A DNA stretch of 59,489 bases from an uncultured Alphaproteobacteria bacterium. GTDB taxonomy: Bacteria; Pseudomonadota; Alphaproteobacteria; RF32; CAG-239. The first letter of the stretch is position 1, and every line of letters begins with the position of its first letter. Shown here piece by piece: positions 41,985 through 50,894 of the stretch. The notes below the pieces were generated by a model. It was not told where the DNA came from. It worked only from the letters and a program-made list of their open reading frames with translations, and searched no databases. The stretch lies in NCBI GenBank assembly GCA_944391435.1, contig CALXTP010000084.1, forward strand, positions 1 through 59,489, read 5' to 3'. The position numbers were made by a program, and so were the translations under genes.

Positions 41985-42935
41985 ATGAAATTGTCCGCGG
42001 CTCATAAAACAGGATGGGTACTGGCGGCAGCCATAGCGGCAGTGGTGCTTTGCACCCTGCCGTTTTTGGCAGGTCAAAAAGCCGTTATCAGCATTTATTC
42101 CGATTCGCCTGTTTTGGGAGCAAGGGAAGAAGGTTTTGTCCGCGAATTGAAAAAAAACGGATATCGTGTGCGGGTCAATCCCAGCGCAAAATCCTCTCCG
42201 GCGCTGGCGGCCGTTTGGTTTAAACCGCCGGAAGCCGTTTCCGGGCTACCCGCCGATAAGGCCGTGTACAATTTTGTTTACAACGAAGCTTATTATCCGT
42301 TTGATTGGCGGGGGCTGCGCAACATTCCCGTGGTTTTAACCCCGTATCGGGATTTGTATGAGCATTATGCGCGAGCCAATATAAAAAGCGCTTTGTTTTC
42401 TTTGGGCATCAACACGGCTGAATTTGCCTTTCCCGGCGCCGTGGCCAAAAAATATCCGTTAATCTGGTATGGCGACAATAATAAAAATGCACCATTGGCC
42501 GATGAAATGCGGGCTCGCCGCGATATCCGCTTCTTAGGAAAGTTCTGGCCTCGTGACGGCAAGGATGTTCCTGCAACAGGGGATAGGGAAAAGGGGCAGA
42601 TACTGGCGCAAACGGCAGTCGCCGTCGTGTATAGCCCCGCCAACACCCCCGATACCAAAAAAATACCCTCCGGCGTGGCGGAAGCCGCTGCTGCGGGGGC
42701 GCTGGTCATTACCACGGAAAACGCTGCCGTCCGTGAAGCCTATGGCGATAGCGTCATTATGGCTCAAAACGAAAAGGATATTCCGGCACTTGCCGATTAT
42801 TATCTTGCCCATCCGGAAATTGCTGCCGTCAAAATCATAACCGCCCGCAGCATAACCGCACAAAAAATGAGTTCCGCCGCTGTTGCCGCCCGCTTTATTG
42901 AAATCTTGAATTGGCTGCAAGATAGCGAAAATTAA
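41985..42935 (+). CDS. Paralogous CgeB-like glycosyltransferase with an N-terminal TM anchor (more degenerate)
   Basis: WYGDN, FLGKFW and VAEAAAAGALVIT align with the preceding gene; translationally coupled. Confidence 0.65.
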   Translation: MKLSAAHKTGWVLAAAIAAVVLCTLPFLAGQKAVISIYSDSPVLGAREEGFVRELKKNGYRVRVNPSAKSSPALAAVWFKPPEAVSGLPADKAVYNFVYNEAYYPFDWRGLRNIPVVLTPYRDLYEHYARANIKSALFSLGINTAEFAFPGAVAKKYPLIWYGDNNKNAPLADEMRARRDIRFLGKFWPRDGKDVPATGDREKGQILAQTAVAVVYSPANTPDTKKIPSGVAEAAAAGALVITTENAAVREAYGDSVIMAQNEKDIPALADYYLAHPEIAAVKIITARSITAQKMSSAAVAARFIEILNWLQDSEN

Positions 42936-42957
42936 AAATCTGCTAATCCGCCGCGCA

Positions 42958-43656
42958 TTAGCTTTTTCTTCGCCGGATAATATCGGCGGCATCTTTCATC
43001 TCGTCTTCAATGAGCTTATGTTCAATGCCGTCATATTCAATCGCTTCCCAGTCAATATCGTGCTCATTGAGCCATTCTTTGGTAAAGTCAAGCGTTTTAT
43101 ATTGTACCGAACGGTCGCCGGTTCCGTGGAACAGATATATCTCCGGCCGCGATGCCAGTTCTTTTTCCAGCATATCCTTGCCGCAGACAATGCCTGCAAA
43201 CGGAAAAACGCCGCCGAGTTCGTATTTTCGCGTCAGCCCGGTATAAATAGCCAACATGGCACCCTGCGAAAACCCCATGATATAAGTATCTTTGTTTTTA
43301 ACTCTGAGCTCTTTCTGCAGCCGGCTGATAAAAGCGTTCATCTTATGGGAAACTTCGCTGATGCGCGAGCCGGTTTTGTTATAAATCTCCACGATTTCGG
43401 CGGTAGATGTTTCCGGGTTGCGGCGCTTGCGGTCAGGGTCAATATCCACCAGCGCATACCATTGCTTCTTTAACGGGTTGCGTTCGCTTTGCATATCCGC
43501 CTCGGGAACAACCACCAGGGCGTCCGGCAAATAGGCGGACAACATTTCCGCAAACGGCTCAACGTCCTCTATGCAGCCGTTATAACCATGCAGAAAAACA
43601 ATCAGCTTGGCAACTTTTTTGCCGGCTTGAAAAGCCTTATACTTATAGGTATTCAT
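42958..43656 (-). CDS. Phospholipase/carboxylesterase (alpha/beta hydrolase)
   Basis: FLHGY, GFSQG, HGTGD and EH triad. Confidence 0.9.
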   Translation of the reverse strand: MNTYKYKAFQAGKKVAKLIVFLHGYNGCIEDVEPFAEMLSAYLPDALVVVPEADMQSERNPLKKQWYALVDIDPDRKRRNPETSTAEIVEIYNKTGSRISEVSHKMNAFISRLQKELRVKNKDTYIMGFSQGAMLAIYTGLTRKYELGGVFPFAGIVCGKDMLEKELASRPEIYLFHGTGDRSVQYKTLDFTKEWLNEHDIDWEAIEYDGIEHKLIEDEMKDAADIIRRRKS

Positions 43657-43693
43657 AAAACCCTCCGTTCTGTCCTCTCTTCATAGTCGTCAA

Positions 43694-43712
43694 ATGGTTA
43701 AAATAATATTAA
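43694..43712 (-). promoter_or_regulatory. Putative CtrA box TTAA-N7-TTAACCAT
   Basis: Minus strand reads TTAA TATTATT TTAACCAT, upstream of the esterase gene and divergent from lexA. Confidence 0.55.
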
Positions 43713-43781
43713 AACATACCGGCAGGTGCAATTTTTCCTTATTATGGAGGTGTACGCCCATGTGCCGGAGAAAAAAAGCAC

Positions 43782-43815
43782 TTGACAATCCTAAAAACAA
43801 GAACTAAAGTAGAAC
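43782..43815 (+). promoter_or_regulatory. lexA promoter (TTGACA-N17-TAAAGT) overlapped by an alphaproteobacterial SOS box GAAC-N7-GAAC
   Basis: TTGACA at 43782; GAAC TAAAGTA GAAC at 43801-43815. Confidence 0.85.
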
Positions 43816-43840
43816 AAAACAACAGGCAGACGGAGGGAAT

Positions 43841-44509
43841 ATGTTAACACCAAAACAACACAAGCTATTGGTTTTTATTGACGGGTTTATTAAAGAAACG
43901 GGGCATTCGCCGTCGTTTGAAGAAATGAAAGAGGCTGTCGGGCTAAAGTCAAAATCCGGCATCCATGCGTTGATAAGCGCTTTGGAAGAGCGCGGTTTTA
44001 TCCGCAAACTCCCGCACCGTGCCCGCGCATTGGAAGTCTTAAAAGTGCCTCAGCCCGAACTTTCCGTTGCGGAAAGGGAGGCAGGAGCCGTTTTTGCTAA
44101 TGATAACGGCGAGACGGAATTTTCGTTGCAAATTCCTCTGTATGGCAAAATTGCCGCCGGCACGCCGATAGAGGCGATAGCCAATCCGTCCGAATATATT
44201 TATATTCCCAAAAGTTTTTCTACCCGTTCGGAATTGTATGCGCTGACCATAGAAGGCGAGTCCATGATAGAAGCGGGGATTTTTGACGGCGACACGGCCA
44301 TAATCCGCCGCGCCGACCGTGCAGACAACGGGCAGATTGTTGTTGCGCTGGTTGATAATGAAGAAGCTACGCTGAAAGTGTTGGAGCGCAAATCCGGCAA
44401 CGAAGTCTGGCTGTTGCCGTGCAACAAAGCCTACGAACCGATAAAACTGACGGCAGACCGCCTGAAAATCCAGGGCATATTATACGGCATCGTCCGCAAA
44501 TATAACTAA
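43841..44509 (+). CDS. lexA: SOS repressor LexA
   Basis: PSFEEMK..KSKSGIH HTH, AAG cleavage site, GESM serine and TLK lysine. Confidence 0.97.
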   Translation: MLTPKQHKLLVFIDGFIKETGHSPSFEEMKEAVGLKSKSGIHALISALEERGFIRKLPHRARALEVLKVPQPELSVAEREAGAVFANDNGETEFSLQIPLYGKIAAGTPIEAIANPSEYIYIPKSFSTRSELYALTIEGESMIEAGIFDGDTAIIRRADRADNGQIVVALVDNEEATLKVLERKSGNEVWLLPCNKAYEPIKLTADRLKIQGILYGIVRKYN

Positions 44510-44539
44510 GCGCAACCGGACAGATAAAAGGGAGAAAAA

Positions 44540-45220
44540 ATGGCAACGTTGGCAATTATTACGGCGATGGACAGCGAGTTTGAGGCTGTTCGCAAATTAT
44601 ATGCTTTTGATGAAAACGGCGATTTTCCGCATACGAAAGTTTATGGTAAGGAAATATTGTTGATAAAGTCCGGCATCGGCAAAGTAAACGCGGCAGTTGC
44701 GGCACAAAAAGCCTGTGACGCGGGGGCAGAAATTGTCATGTCAACGGGGCTTGCCGGCGGCATAGATGCATCTTTGCGGCAGGGCGATATCGTTTTGGCG
44801 GATAATGTTTGCTATCACGATGTCTGGTGCGGCGAGCCTAATGCCCGCGGGCAGGTGCAGGATATGCCGCTGTATTTTGTCCCGCGCGTCGGCATGGTGG
44901 AAAAAATTATGTCGTCAACGCCTGCGGAATATATGAAAACCGGCCTGGTGGTAACCGGCGATCAGTTTTTAACGGATGCCGCCCGCCTGCAGGAGATAAA
45001 AAAAGAGTTTCCCGCCGCCCTGGCGGTGGATATGGAAAGTGCCGCCATTGCCCAGGTCTGCTTTTTGAATGAACGGCGCCCGTTTTTGTCGTTGCGGATA
45101 ATCAGCGATGTCGTCGGCAAAAAAAATCAGGAAGAAGAATATAATTCTTTCTGGCAGAATGTCCCGGAAAAGTCGGCGGTCATGGTAGATATTGTCCTGC
45201 GTGCGTTGGAAAAAGAATAG
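44540..45220 (+). CDS. mtnN: 5'-methylthioadenosine/S-adenosylhomocysteine nucleosidase
   Basis: TAMDSE, SGIGKVNAA, TGDQF, DMESAAIAQV and RIISD. Confidence 0.92.
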   Translation: MATLAIITAMDSEFEAVRKLYAFDENGDFPHTKVYGKEILLIKSGIGKVNAAVAAQKACDAGAEIVMSTGLAGGIDASLRQGDIVLADNVCYHDVWCGEPNARGQVQDMPLYFVPRVGMVEKIMSSTPAEYMKTGLVVTGDQFLTDAARLQEIKKEFPAALAVDMESAAIAQVCFLNERRPFLSLRIISDVVGKKNQEEEYNSFWQNVPEKSAVMVDIVLRALEKE

Positions 45221-45390
45221 TCCGGAACTCCGGATATTCCGCAACATAAGCCGCAGGCTGTCTTTTAGGCGGCAGTTTTGAGAAGCTCCGGCTTAGAAGA
45301 AAAGGGTCATCGCACCTGTCTTTCCGGCAAAAGTATTCGCTTTGGGCAACGGAGATTTATTGCAAGATAAAATAAAGCGTGTTATAAAAC

Positions 45391-45424
45391 AAAAAAAGAG
45401 GAAACCGCAAAGGCTTCCTCTTTT
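45391..45424. terminator. Bidirectional terminator
   Basis: AAAAAAAGAGGAAACC..GGCTTCCTCTTTT. Confidence 0.7.
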
Positions 45425-45442
45425 ATCGTTGCAGGGTTTACG

Positions 45443-46588
45443 TTAATAATAAATACTCTGCAAATACGTCATACTAATAATATAAATGAAATAAAAGGTA
45501 TAAGCGACTGTCAGCAGCAACAGATAGAAAACGGAATATCTGAGTCCGCGTTGCTTATAGTTTTTATCGCAATAAGCCGTCATGGCGCCGTAAGCATTGG
45601 TGCCGTTTTCTTCTTCATAAAAACCGGCCGCAACAAAAATTTTGATGCAGTAGTAAAGATAAATCAGGAAGAAGAGCCCCATAAAGCCGCCCAGCCAAGA
45701 CAAGAGGGTAATATTCCTTTGCGAAAAAGCATCTTCATAGCTGAGTCCTAAAGCAATCAGCAAAACTATTCCGGCCAGCCAGTTGAGGATGCACGGGCGG
45801 AAAAAACCTTTCCATGCCGTATAGCCTCCGTCATGCAGCCGGCGCGTTATAACGGACAGATAAACGATAACTTCCGCAATATAAAAGATAATCATCAAAA
45901 CTCCCGTTGCTATCGGGAAACTTGGCATCAGCCAGGCTTGTCCGGCCAGGGAAAACAGCGAAATGGCAAACATGTTGATGAGCATAAAGCTCCAAAATTC
46001 AAAACGGGACGTCCGCCCTTTGAAGTTAAAGATATTTTTATACGCCCGCACCCATGAACAAAAAGCGCCGCCTTTGCAGCAGGCATCGCCGTTGCACACA
46101 GATTCGCTGTCATCGGGATTTTCTTTCATTTCCATAAATTTCTTGGCTTCGGCAATTTTGGCGTTTTCTAAAACCTCGGCGCGCTTGCTGTTGCCGGCTG
46201 CCTTTTTCCCTTTTTCGCCGGCATTGTTGTCGGCCGGGAGAGGGGATACGGCGGCCTGCGCGGCGCTGCCGGATGTCTTGCGGGCTTTTTTCTCTTCGTT
46301 TTTAGCCTTGATATCGGCTACTTGCATAACAATGTCGCGGTTTTCCGTAACCGGCAGCTGGGCATTCTCCTTGGACGCGGCAGTGCTTTTGGCGGTTGCG
46401 GATTTCGCTTTGGCTGCCGTAGATTTCGTTTGCACCGTTACTGTTTTGGCAGCGGTTTTGGCTGTTGCAGCCGGCTTTTTTGCAGCGGCGGTTTTAGCTG
46501 CCGCCGGTTTTTTTGCGGCTTTTTGAACAGTCGCCGCTTTATCCTCTTTTGCGGCAGTTCCCGCGGATGAAGTTTTTTTGCTAACCAT
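45443..46588 (-). CDS. DUF805 membrane protein with a Lys/Ala-rich (histone H1-like) N-terminal extension
   Basis: NFKGRTSRFEFW, RRLHDGG and NAYG DUF805 motifs; AAKKPAA repeats. Confidence 0.85.
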   Translation of the reverse strand: MVSKKTSSAGTAAKEDKAATVQKAAKKPAAAKTAAAKKPAATAKTAAKTVTVQTKSTAAKAKSATAKSTAASKENAQLPVTENRDIVMQVADIKAKNEEKKARKTSGSAAQAAVSPLPADNNAGEKGKKAAGNSKRAEVLENAKIAEAKKFMEMKENPDDSESVCNGDACCKGGAFCSWVRAYKNIFNFKGRTSRFEFWSFMLINMFAISLFSLAGQAWLMPSFPIATGVLMIIFYIAEVIVYLSVITRRLHDGGYTAWKGFFRPCILNWLAGIVLLIALGLSYEDAFSQRNITLLSWLGGFMGLFFLIYLYYCIKIFVAAGFYEEENGTNAYGAMTAYCDKNYKQRGLRYSVFYLLLLTVAYTFYFIYIISMTYLQSIYY

Positions 46589-46791
46589 CTTTCCCTCTCA
46601 AAAAATTAAAAATCAAATACATAATAATCGTATTTGCGTGAAAGGCAACCCCGGCCGCGCTTTAAATCACAGTTTTTTCGGAATTTGGCGAAGTTTTTTT
46701 TTATAATCTGCAAAAAGCGCCGCCACAAAAAAGCCGCCGCAAGCCCGTCCGGATAATGGCGCAAAAGGAATGCGGCAAAAAGGATATAAAG

Positions 46792-47376
46792 CTAGAACAG
46801 GATTTTGGCAGATTTAAATTTTTTGCTTTTTTCGTCAAACGTAACGCGCAATACCGAGCCGTTGTCAAGCCGGATTGTTTTTTTTAGGCAGCTTTCCGTA
46901 AAAATGCGGATAAGCATCCCGTGTGTAACCAGCAGCACGCGCTGCCGCCTTTCTTCCAACAGTTTGTTTATGAGTTTCATCAGCCGTTGTTGTACGGTGC
47001 CGATGGTTTCGCCTTCAGGGTAGCTTGTTTCATAGCGGTCTGGGTTTTGAATATCGTTAAAAGCCTGGTAGATATAAGGGAAAACTGTCGGCAAATCTGT
47101 TTTTTTCATGCCTTCCGCTTTGCCGAAATTCATCTCGCGCAGCCTTTTTGTATAATGCACGGGCAAATCCAACATGCCGCTGACGGCATCGGCACTTTTT
47201 TTTGCGCGTTTCAAATCGCTGGCATAAATCGTTTCTATCTGTTCCCCGGCCAGTTTTTCGCCGGCGCGGCGGGCCTGCCCGATTCCCGTTTCGTTTAGGG
47301 GCGTATCGTTCCAGCCTTGTACGCGTTGCGCCAGGTTCCAGTCTGTTTGTCCGTGTCTCATCAGGTATAAAATCAT
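46792..47376 (-). CDS. Histidine phosphatase (PGM/CobC-like)
   Basis: RHGQTDWN, SDLKRA, LREMNFG and VTHG. Confidence 0.92.
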   Translation of the reverse strand: MILYLMRHGQTDWNLAQRVQGWNDTPLNETGIGQARRAGEKLAGEQIETIYASDLKRAKKSADAVSGMLDLPVHYTKRLREMNFGKAEGMKKTDLPTVFPYIYQAFNDIQNPDRYETSYPEGETIGTVQQRLMKLINKLLEERRQRVLLVTHGMLIRIFTESCLKKTIRLDNGSVLRVTFDEKSKKFKSAKILF

Positions 47377-47499
47377 AAAGATACCCCGTATTGTCAATAA
47401 AAGCCCGTTGCACCGGAACAGAAAAGCAAGCCGGTTTAAAACAGGCTAAAAAAGATTAAGCCTAAAATCAAGCCGCAAAAGCGACTTAATCACAGCCTT

Positions 47500-48729
47500 T
47501 CACGCTCTCTCCGCGCATTTTTGCATGGCGCAAAAGAAAAAGCCGTCGGTTTTTGTGTTCAGTGGCGAAAATTTAAGCCAGCGCCCACTGTCAAAAGGAA
47601 AGAGCGGCATTTGCAGCGTGTCCTGCCACAAGTCTTTGTGGTCAAGCGGGGAAAATTCCGGATGCGCTGCCAAAAAGGCCGTAATCTGCGCTTCGTTTTC
47701 TTCCGGCAAAACCGAACAGGTAATATAAATAAGCCGCCCGTTTTCTGCCGTATGCCGTGCGCCGAATTCCAGCAGTTCGGCCTGCGTGCGGCAGATTTCT
47801 GCCAGCCGCTCCGGCGTCAGGCGGAATTTGGCGTCCGGCGACCGCCGCCAGGTGCCGCTGCCGGAGCAGGGGACGTCAATAATAAAGCGGGTGTAATCTC
47901 TGTCCGTTACCGTATCAATAGTTTTGACGGCGGTGATGTCCAGCCGTTCCGCCCTTTTTTTGATACGGGCAAGGCGTTCTTTATTAATGTCGTGCGCCCA
48001 AATCAGCCCGTCGTTGTGTAAAAGCGAGGCAATGGCAAGCGCTTTTCCGCCCGCTCCTGCACAGTAATCAATCGTTTTGTGGTGCGGTTTGACGCGGCAA
48101 AGCAGGGAGATAAGTTGAGATCCCTCATCCATCACTTCAATTTCGCCGTCTTGATAAGTCATGCAGTTGTTAAGGTTAATGCGGTCTTCTGAGCGCAGCC
48201 CGATGGGAGAAAATGGTGTTGGCGCAAAAAACAGCCCTTCTTTGCGCAGGCGTTCGCGAGCATGGTCGCGGTCGGTCAGGTTGGCGCGCACGTCTGCCGG
48301 CGCTGTCGTATTGAGAGCTGCCTCCAGTCGCGGGTTGTTGATTTTAAGGCGCAGCCATTCCGGGCATTCATTACGCGCCGCTTCGGAAAAATCCGTAAAT
48401 TTCAACGCCCGTTCCAATCTTTTTTTCTCGTCTTTGTTAAGCGGTTGCGGGGCATATTCTTCGCCATCAAAAAGCAAATCCGGATCATCTTCGGCAAAAG
48501 CAAGTGCCACAGCCGTCCGGGGAGAAATTTCTCCGCCGAGTGCCTCAGTATATTTCAAGCGGTTGCGGATAATTTTCCAAACCGTATCGGCAATAAAGCG
48601 CCGGTCTTTGGCACCGATATAGCGCCGTTCTTTAAAGTACCTGTCCAAAAGGATATCTGCCGGCCTTTTATCCTGCAAAACCTCTTCCAATACCTCAATG
48701 GCAGCCTGTATGCGGCCAGCTTCTTTCAT
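47500..48729 (-). CDS. RsmB/NOP2-family RNA m5C methyltransferase
   Basis: MDEGSQ, DYCAGAGGK, DVPCSGSG and YITCS. Confidence 0.92.
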   Translation of the reverse strand: MKEAGRIQAAIEVLEEVLQDKRPADILLDRYFKERRYIGAKDRRFIADTVWKIIRNRLKYTEALGGEISPRTAVALAFAEDDPDLLFDGEEYAPQPLNKDEKKRLERALKFTDFSEAARNECPEWLRLKINNPRLEAALNTTAPADVRANLTDRDHARERLRKEGLFFAPTPFSPIGLRSEDRINLNNCMTYQDGEIEVMDEGSQLISLLCRVKPHHKTIDYCAGAGGKALAIASLLHNDGLIWAHDINKERLARIKKRAERLDITAVKTIDTVTDRDYTRFIIDVPCSGSGTWRRSPDAKFRLTPERLAEICRTQAELLEFGARHTAENGRLIYITCSVLPEENEAQITAFLAAHPEFSPLDHKDLWQDTLQMPLFPFDSGRWLKFSPLNTKTDGFFFCAMQKCAERA

Positions 48730-48965
48730 CTTTATCCCTCACATATTTTAAGCCGTTGCAAAGCGTTACGGCAGCATATTAAAGTATCGGTCGGATTTTT
48801 CCGCTCCGGCCGTGGCAATGCGCCGCATGACGCAAAGGTTAGCTTGCTTTTTTGCATTTGGCAAGAGGCGTGCCGGCATTTGCCCCCAGGGAAATAAACT
48901 TTTTATTGCCAAAAAAAGAATTTTGTGTTATAAACGGCAACGGTAAAATATCCGAAAGGGAATAT

Positions 48966-50180
48966 ATGGAAAAAATTTTGGTGCTGAATTCCGGTTCAAC
49001 CACCGTGAAATTTCAGTTATTTAAGATGGATAAAGGCTGCCATGAGGTCTTGGCCGGGGGCATGGTGGAGCGCATCGGTCTTTCCGGATCAAAATTGATA
49101 GTCAGATCTGCAGGCGGCAACGAGTTTTCGTGCGAATATCCGATAGAAAACCACAAGGCGGCGATAAAAGCGATTTTGGACTATTTGTCGCACGGCTTTT
49201 TGAAAAATGCCTCGGAATTGTCTGCAGTCGGCCATCGCATGGGGCACGGCGGCGAATATTTTGACCGTTCGGTCATAATTGACGATGATATCATGGCCAA
49301 AATATATGACACCTTGCCGTTGCTGCCGTTGCACGGGCCGGCGTTTGTCCATGGCGTGGAAGCCGCTTCCGGGCTGCTTCCGGGCGTACCGCAGGTGGCA
49401 ACGTTTGACAGTGCATTTCATCAAAGCATGGAAAAGGCCGCATTCACATATGCCATTCCGCGTGAATATTATGCCGGGGAGCGCATCCGCCGTTACGGTT
49501 TTCACGGCACCTCGCACAATTACGCTGCCCGTTGCGCGGCAAAGATTTTAGGTTATAAAGGGCGGATTATCTGCTGCCACTTGGGTGGCGGCGCTTCCGT
49601 TGCGGCGATTAAGGGCGGCAAAAGCGTAGATACGACCATGGGCTATACGCCTGCTGCCGGCATTATGATGGCAACCCGCGCCGGCGATATGGATCCGTAT
49701 ATCCCGCTGCATATTATGAAAACGCAACACAAAACCGCCGATGAAGTCAACCGGATGCTGAATAAGGAAAGCGGGCTTTTCGGCTTATCCGGCGGCCATT
49801 CGGATATGCGCGATATTATTGCAAATGCCGAAAAAGGCGATGAAAACTGTATTTTTGCCATAGAGGCGTACGTCTACGGCCTGCTCAAAACCATCGGAGC
49901 CTATGTGGCGGTTTTGGGCGGGGTGGATGCCCTGGTTTTTACGGCCGGCATTGGCGAAAATTCGCCGCTGATAAGGGAAAAGCTTTGTGCCCGCCTGTCA
50001 TATCTCGGGCTGGAGCTGGATAAGGAAAAGAACGAAAAGCGCCCGGCACCGGCAGAAATAAATACGCCGTCAAGCAAAGTCAAAGTCCTGGTCATTCCGG
50101 CCAATGAAGAGTTGATGATAGCCGGCGAAGCGTATGATTTGCTGGAAGAGCTGGCATCCGGAGAATCTCTGGCCGTATAA
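48966..50180 (+). CDS. ackA: Acetate kinase
   Basis: VLNSGSTTVK, GHRMGHGG, PLH, RRYGFHGTSH, FTAGIGEN and PANEELMIA. Confidence 0.95.
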   Translation: MEKILVLNSGSTTVKFQLFKMDKGCHEVLAGGMVERIGLSGSKLIVRSAGGNEFSCEYPIENHKAAIKAILDYLSHGFLKNASELSAVGHRMGHGGEYFDRSVIIDDDIMAKIYDTLPLLPLHGPAFVHGVEAASGLLPGVPQVATFDSAFHQSMEKAAFTYAIPREYYAGERIRRYGFHGTSHNYAARCAAKILGYKGRIICCHLGGGASVAAIKGGKSVDTTMGYTPAAGIMMATRAGDMDPYIPLHIMKTQHKTADEVNRMLNKESGLFGLSGGHSDMRDIIANAEKGDENCIFAIEAYVYGLLKTIGAYVAVLGGVDALVFTAGIGENSPLIREKLCARLSYLGLELDKEKNEKRPAPAEINTPSSKVKVLVIPANEELMIAGEAYDLLEELASGESLAV

Positions 50181-50199
50181 AAAAAAAAGGAAAAAAAGA

Positions 50200-50841
50200 A
50201 TGTTAAAAAACATGATGCCGTCCATCGGCCTGTTGATAAACAGCGATTACAAAGCAGTCAAAACGCCGGAAAGCGAAGCTTTGATAAAAAAGAGCCTTGC
50301 CGGGCTGCTTCCCTCGCCTCATCCGGAGTTGTGGCAGGTATCGGGCATTCCCGGCGCCGGAAAAAGCACTTTTTGTGCCGCACATTTGCCGCCGAATTTT
50401 CTGTATTTGAGCTTTGACAAGATAATGCTCTCCTTATCGGGTTATCAGCGCGATTTGGCGCTTTACGGCAGCGTGGCGGCTTATGGCAAATATGAAATGC
50501 CGGCCAGGATAATCGGCTACGAGCTTTTGCGCCGCGCCGTGAATTTGAAATTGAACATCATGTTTGAGCATAGCGGCACCAATCAGGCGCATTTGGAGCT
50601 GTTTAAGAATATTCGCAAAAAAGGCTATCGCACGGCCGTGGATTTTATCGTTTGCAACACCGGGTTGGCCATAGCGCGCGCCGAAGAACGGACCAAAAAG
50701 ACCAACCGTTATATACCCGAAGAGGTAATACGCAAGCGCGCATCAGGCCTGCAGTCATACATCGCCGCCTATCAAAAGTTAACTCCGGCGGTAAAATTGC
50801 TTGACGGTGCAAATAATTTCAGCCCGTTAAAGAAAATTTAA
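50200..50841 (+). CDS. Zeta-toxin-like P-loop kinase
   Basis: Walker A GIPGAGKS, NIMFEHSG and ARAEER...RYIPEEVI lid motif. Confidence 0.7.
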   Translation: MLKNMMPSIGLLINSDYKAVKTPESEALIKKSLAGLLPSPHPELWQVSGIPGAGKSTFCAAHLPPNFLYLSFDKIMLSLSGYQRDLALYGSVAAYGKYEMPARIIGYELLRRAVNLKLNIMFEHSGTNQAHLELFKNIRKKGYRTAVDFIVCNTGLAIARAEERTKKTNRYIPEEVIRKRASGLQSYIAAYQKLTPAVKLLDGANNFSPLKKI

Positions 50842-50894
50842 GACAATCCGTGCCAGCATAAGCGCATAAAAGGCAATTTTATAAGGTTATGCGC

